64,000 nt of DNA, taken from the NCBI GenBank assembly GCA_040219255.1, contig JAVJSW010000060.1:268582-332581 (forward strand), in the 5' to 3' direction. This document shows positions 63,215-64,000 of the stretch, in pieces; positions within the stretch are counted from its first letter, which is position 1, and the number at the start of each line of letters is the position of its first letter. This DNA is from Sumerlaeia bacterium. GTDB taxonomy: Bacteria > Sumerlaeota > Sumerlaeia > SLMS01 > JAHLLQ01. The translations under genes were made by a program, and so were the position numbers. The notes beneath the pieces were generated by a model. The model was given only the letters and a program-made list of their open reading frames with translations. It was not told where the DNA came from and did no database searches.

Positions 63215-64000
63215 CTACATCTTCTGCCCCACAATATAATAATCCTGCGGCCCATAAAGCAACTCATTGAGCCGATCGAAGTTCGCCTGGCAGCGCACAT
63301 CGCCCGCGAGGGCCATGCGTTCGTGTTCGGGGACCGGGTTGATGCCTTCGTGGACGAGGTGGCGGAAGCCGGCGGTTTCCATCAGGAGCTGCATCATCTG
63401 CGGGAAAATCAGGCGTTCGTGGGTCAGGTCGAATTGGAACCACTTGTGCGCCATCAGGGTGTTCGGGTTCAACGTTTCCAGGATCAGCAGACCGCCCGGC
63501 CGCAGCCCGTACAGCGCCGCCCGCAGGAACGCCATGAGGACCTTGGGCGGCAGGTGCTCGACAAATTGAAAAGCCGTGATGGCGTCCCAGGCGTCGCGCT
63601 CGCCGGATTCCAGGTAGTGGATCGCGTCGTCCACATCGATGGGCAGGTTGCGGTCCTGGCCGTATTTGGCCATGGCGCGGTTGATGTCCACGCCCCGGGC
63701 GTCCCAGCCCTGGGCGCGGAGGACCTCGACGAAGATGCCGTCGCCACAGGCGGCGTCGAGCACGCGGGGCTTTTTGATTTCGGGCGGCAGGTGGCGGCGG
63801 ATGCGGGCGATGTATTCCTGCTGGCGCTCGCGGAGCTGCTTTTCATCGCCGCGGAATTGACGTTGAAAACGCAGGTAGGCGAGATCGAGCCGGTACTGGG
63901 CGAGGTCTTTGGCGGGGGCGGCGCCATCGGCGGTGGCGGGGGGTTCTTCGGCGGGCATGTCCACCACCAGAGGGGCCGTGGCGGCGGGCGCGAGATCGGA
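63215..64000 (-). CDS. Class I SAM-dependent methyltransferase, probably 5'-partial
   Basis: FRGD, VLDAACGDG, GVDIN, FVEHL, LRPGG, ETLNP; frame open to the window end. Confidence 0.88.
   Translation of the reverse strand, partial: SDLAPAATAPLVVDMPAEEPPATADGAAPAKDLAQYRLDLAYLRFQRQFRGDEKQLRERQQEYIARIRRHLPPEIKKPRVLDAACGDGIFVEVLRAQGWDARGVDINRAMAKYGQDRNLPIDVDDAIHYLESGERDAWDAITAFQFVEHLPPKVLMAFLRAALYGLRPGGLLILETLNPNTLMAHKWFQFDLTHERLIFPQMMQLLMETAGFRHLVHEGINPVPEHERMALAGDVRCQANFDRLNELLYGPQDYYIVGQKM

Overview
GC-rich bacterial chromosomal window with about 60 genes and no rRNA, tRNA, CRISPR array or transposase. Gene content (dockerin and FG-GAP secreted proteins with short Trp-containing C-terminal tails, DUF1549/1553 plus DUF1501, many pseudopilins) suggests a PVC-like lineage, possibly Candidatus Sumerlaeota (BRC1); this is inference only. 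Housekeeping genes include ligA, cysH, a family-4 UDG, trmL and gyrB. The most unusual locus (12.3-21.6 kb) has nine prepilin-like genes: H/I/J-like minor pseudopilins, an 851-aa K-like protein with a lamin-tail-like insert, and five tandem, enlarged, divergent GspG-type paralogs. A canonical gspG and a minimal GspE/PilB ATPase lie elsewhere in the window. Other notable items: a possible Trp-containing C-terminal sorting tail, two families of intergenic repeats (GTAG-type REPs and a 9-nt-periodic CACAGA family), sigma54-type promoters including one flanked by twin palindromes at cysH, a persulfide-response operon, an AT-richer two-gene islet, and two apparent pseudo-enzymes. All calls are from reading the sequence; no database searches were run.
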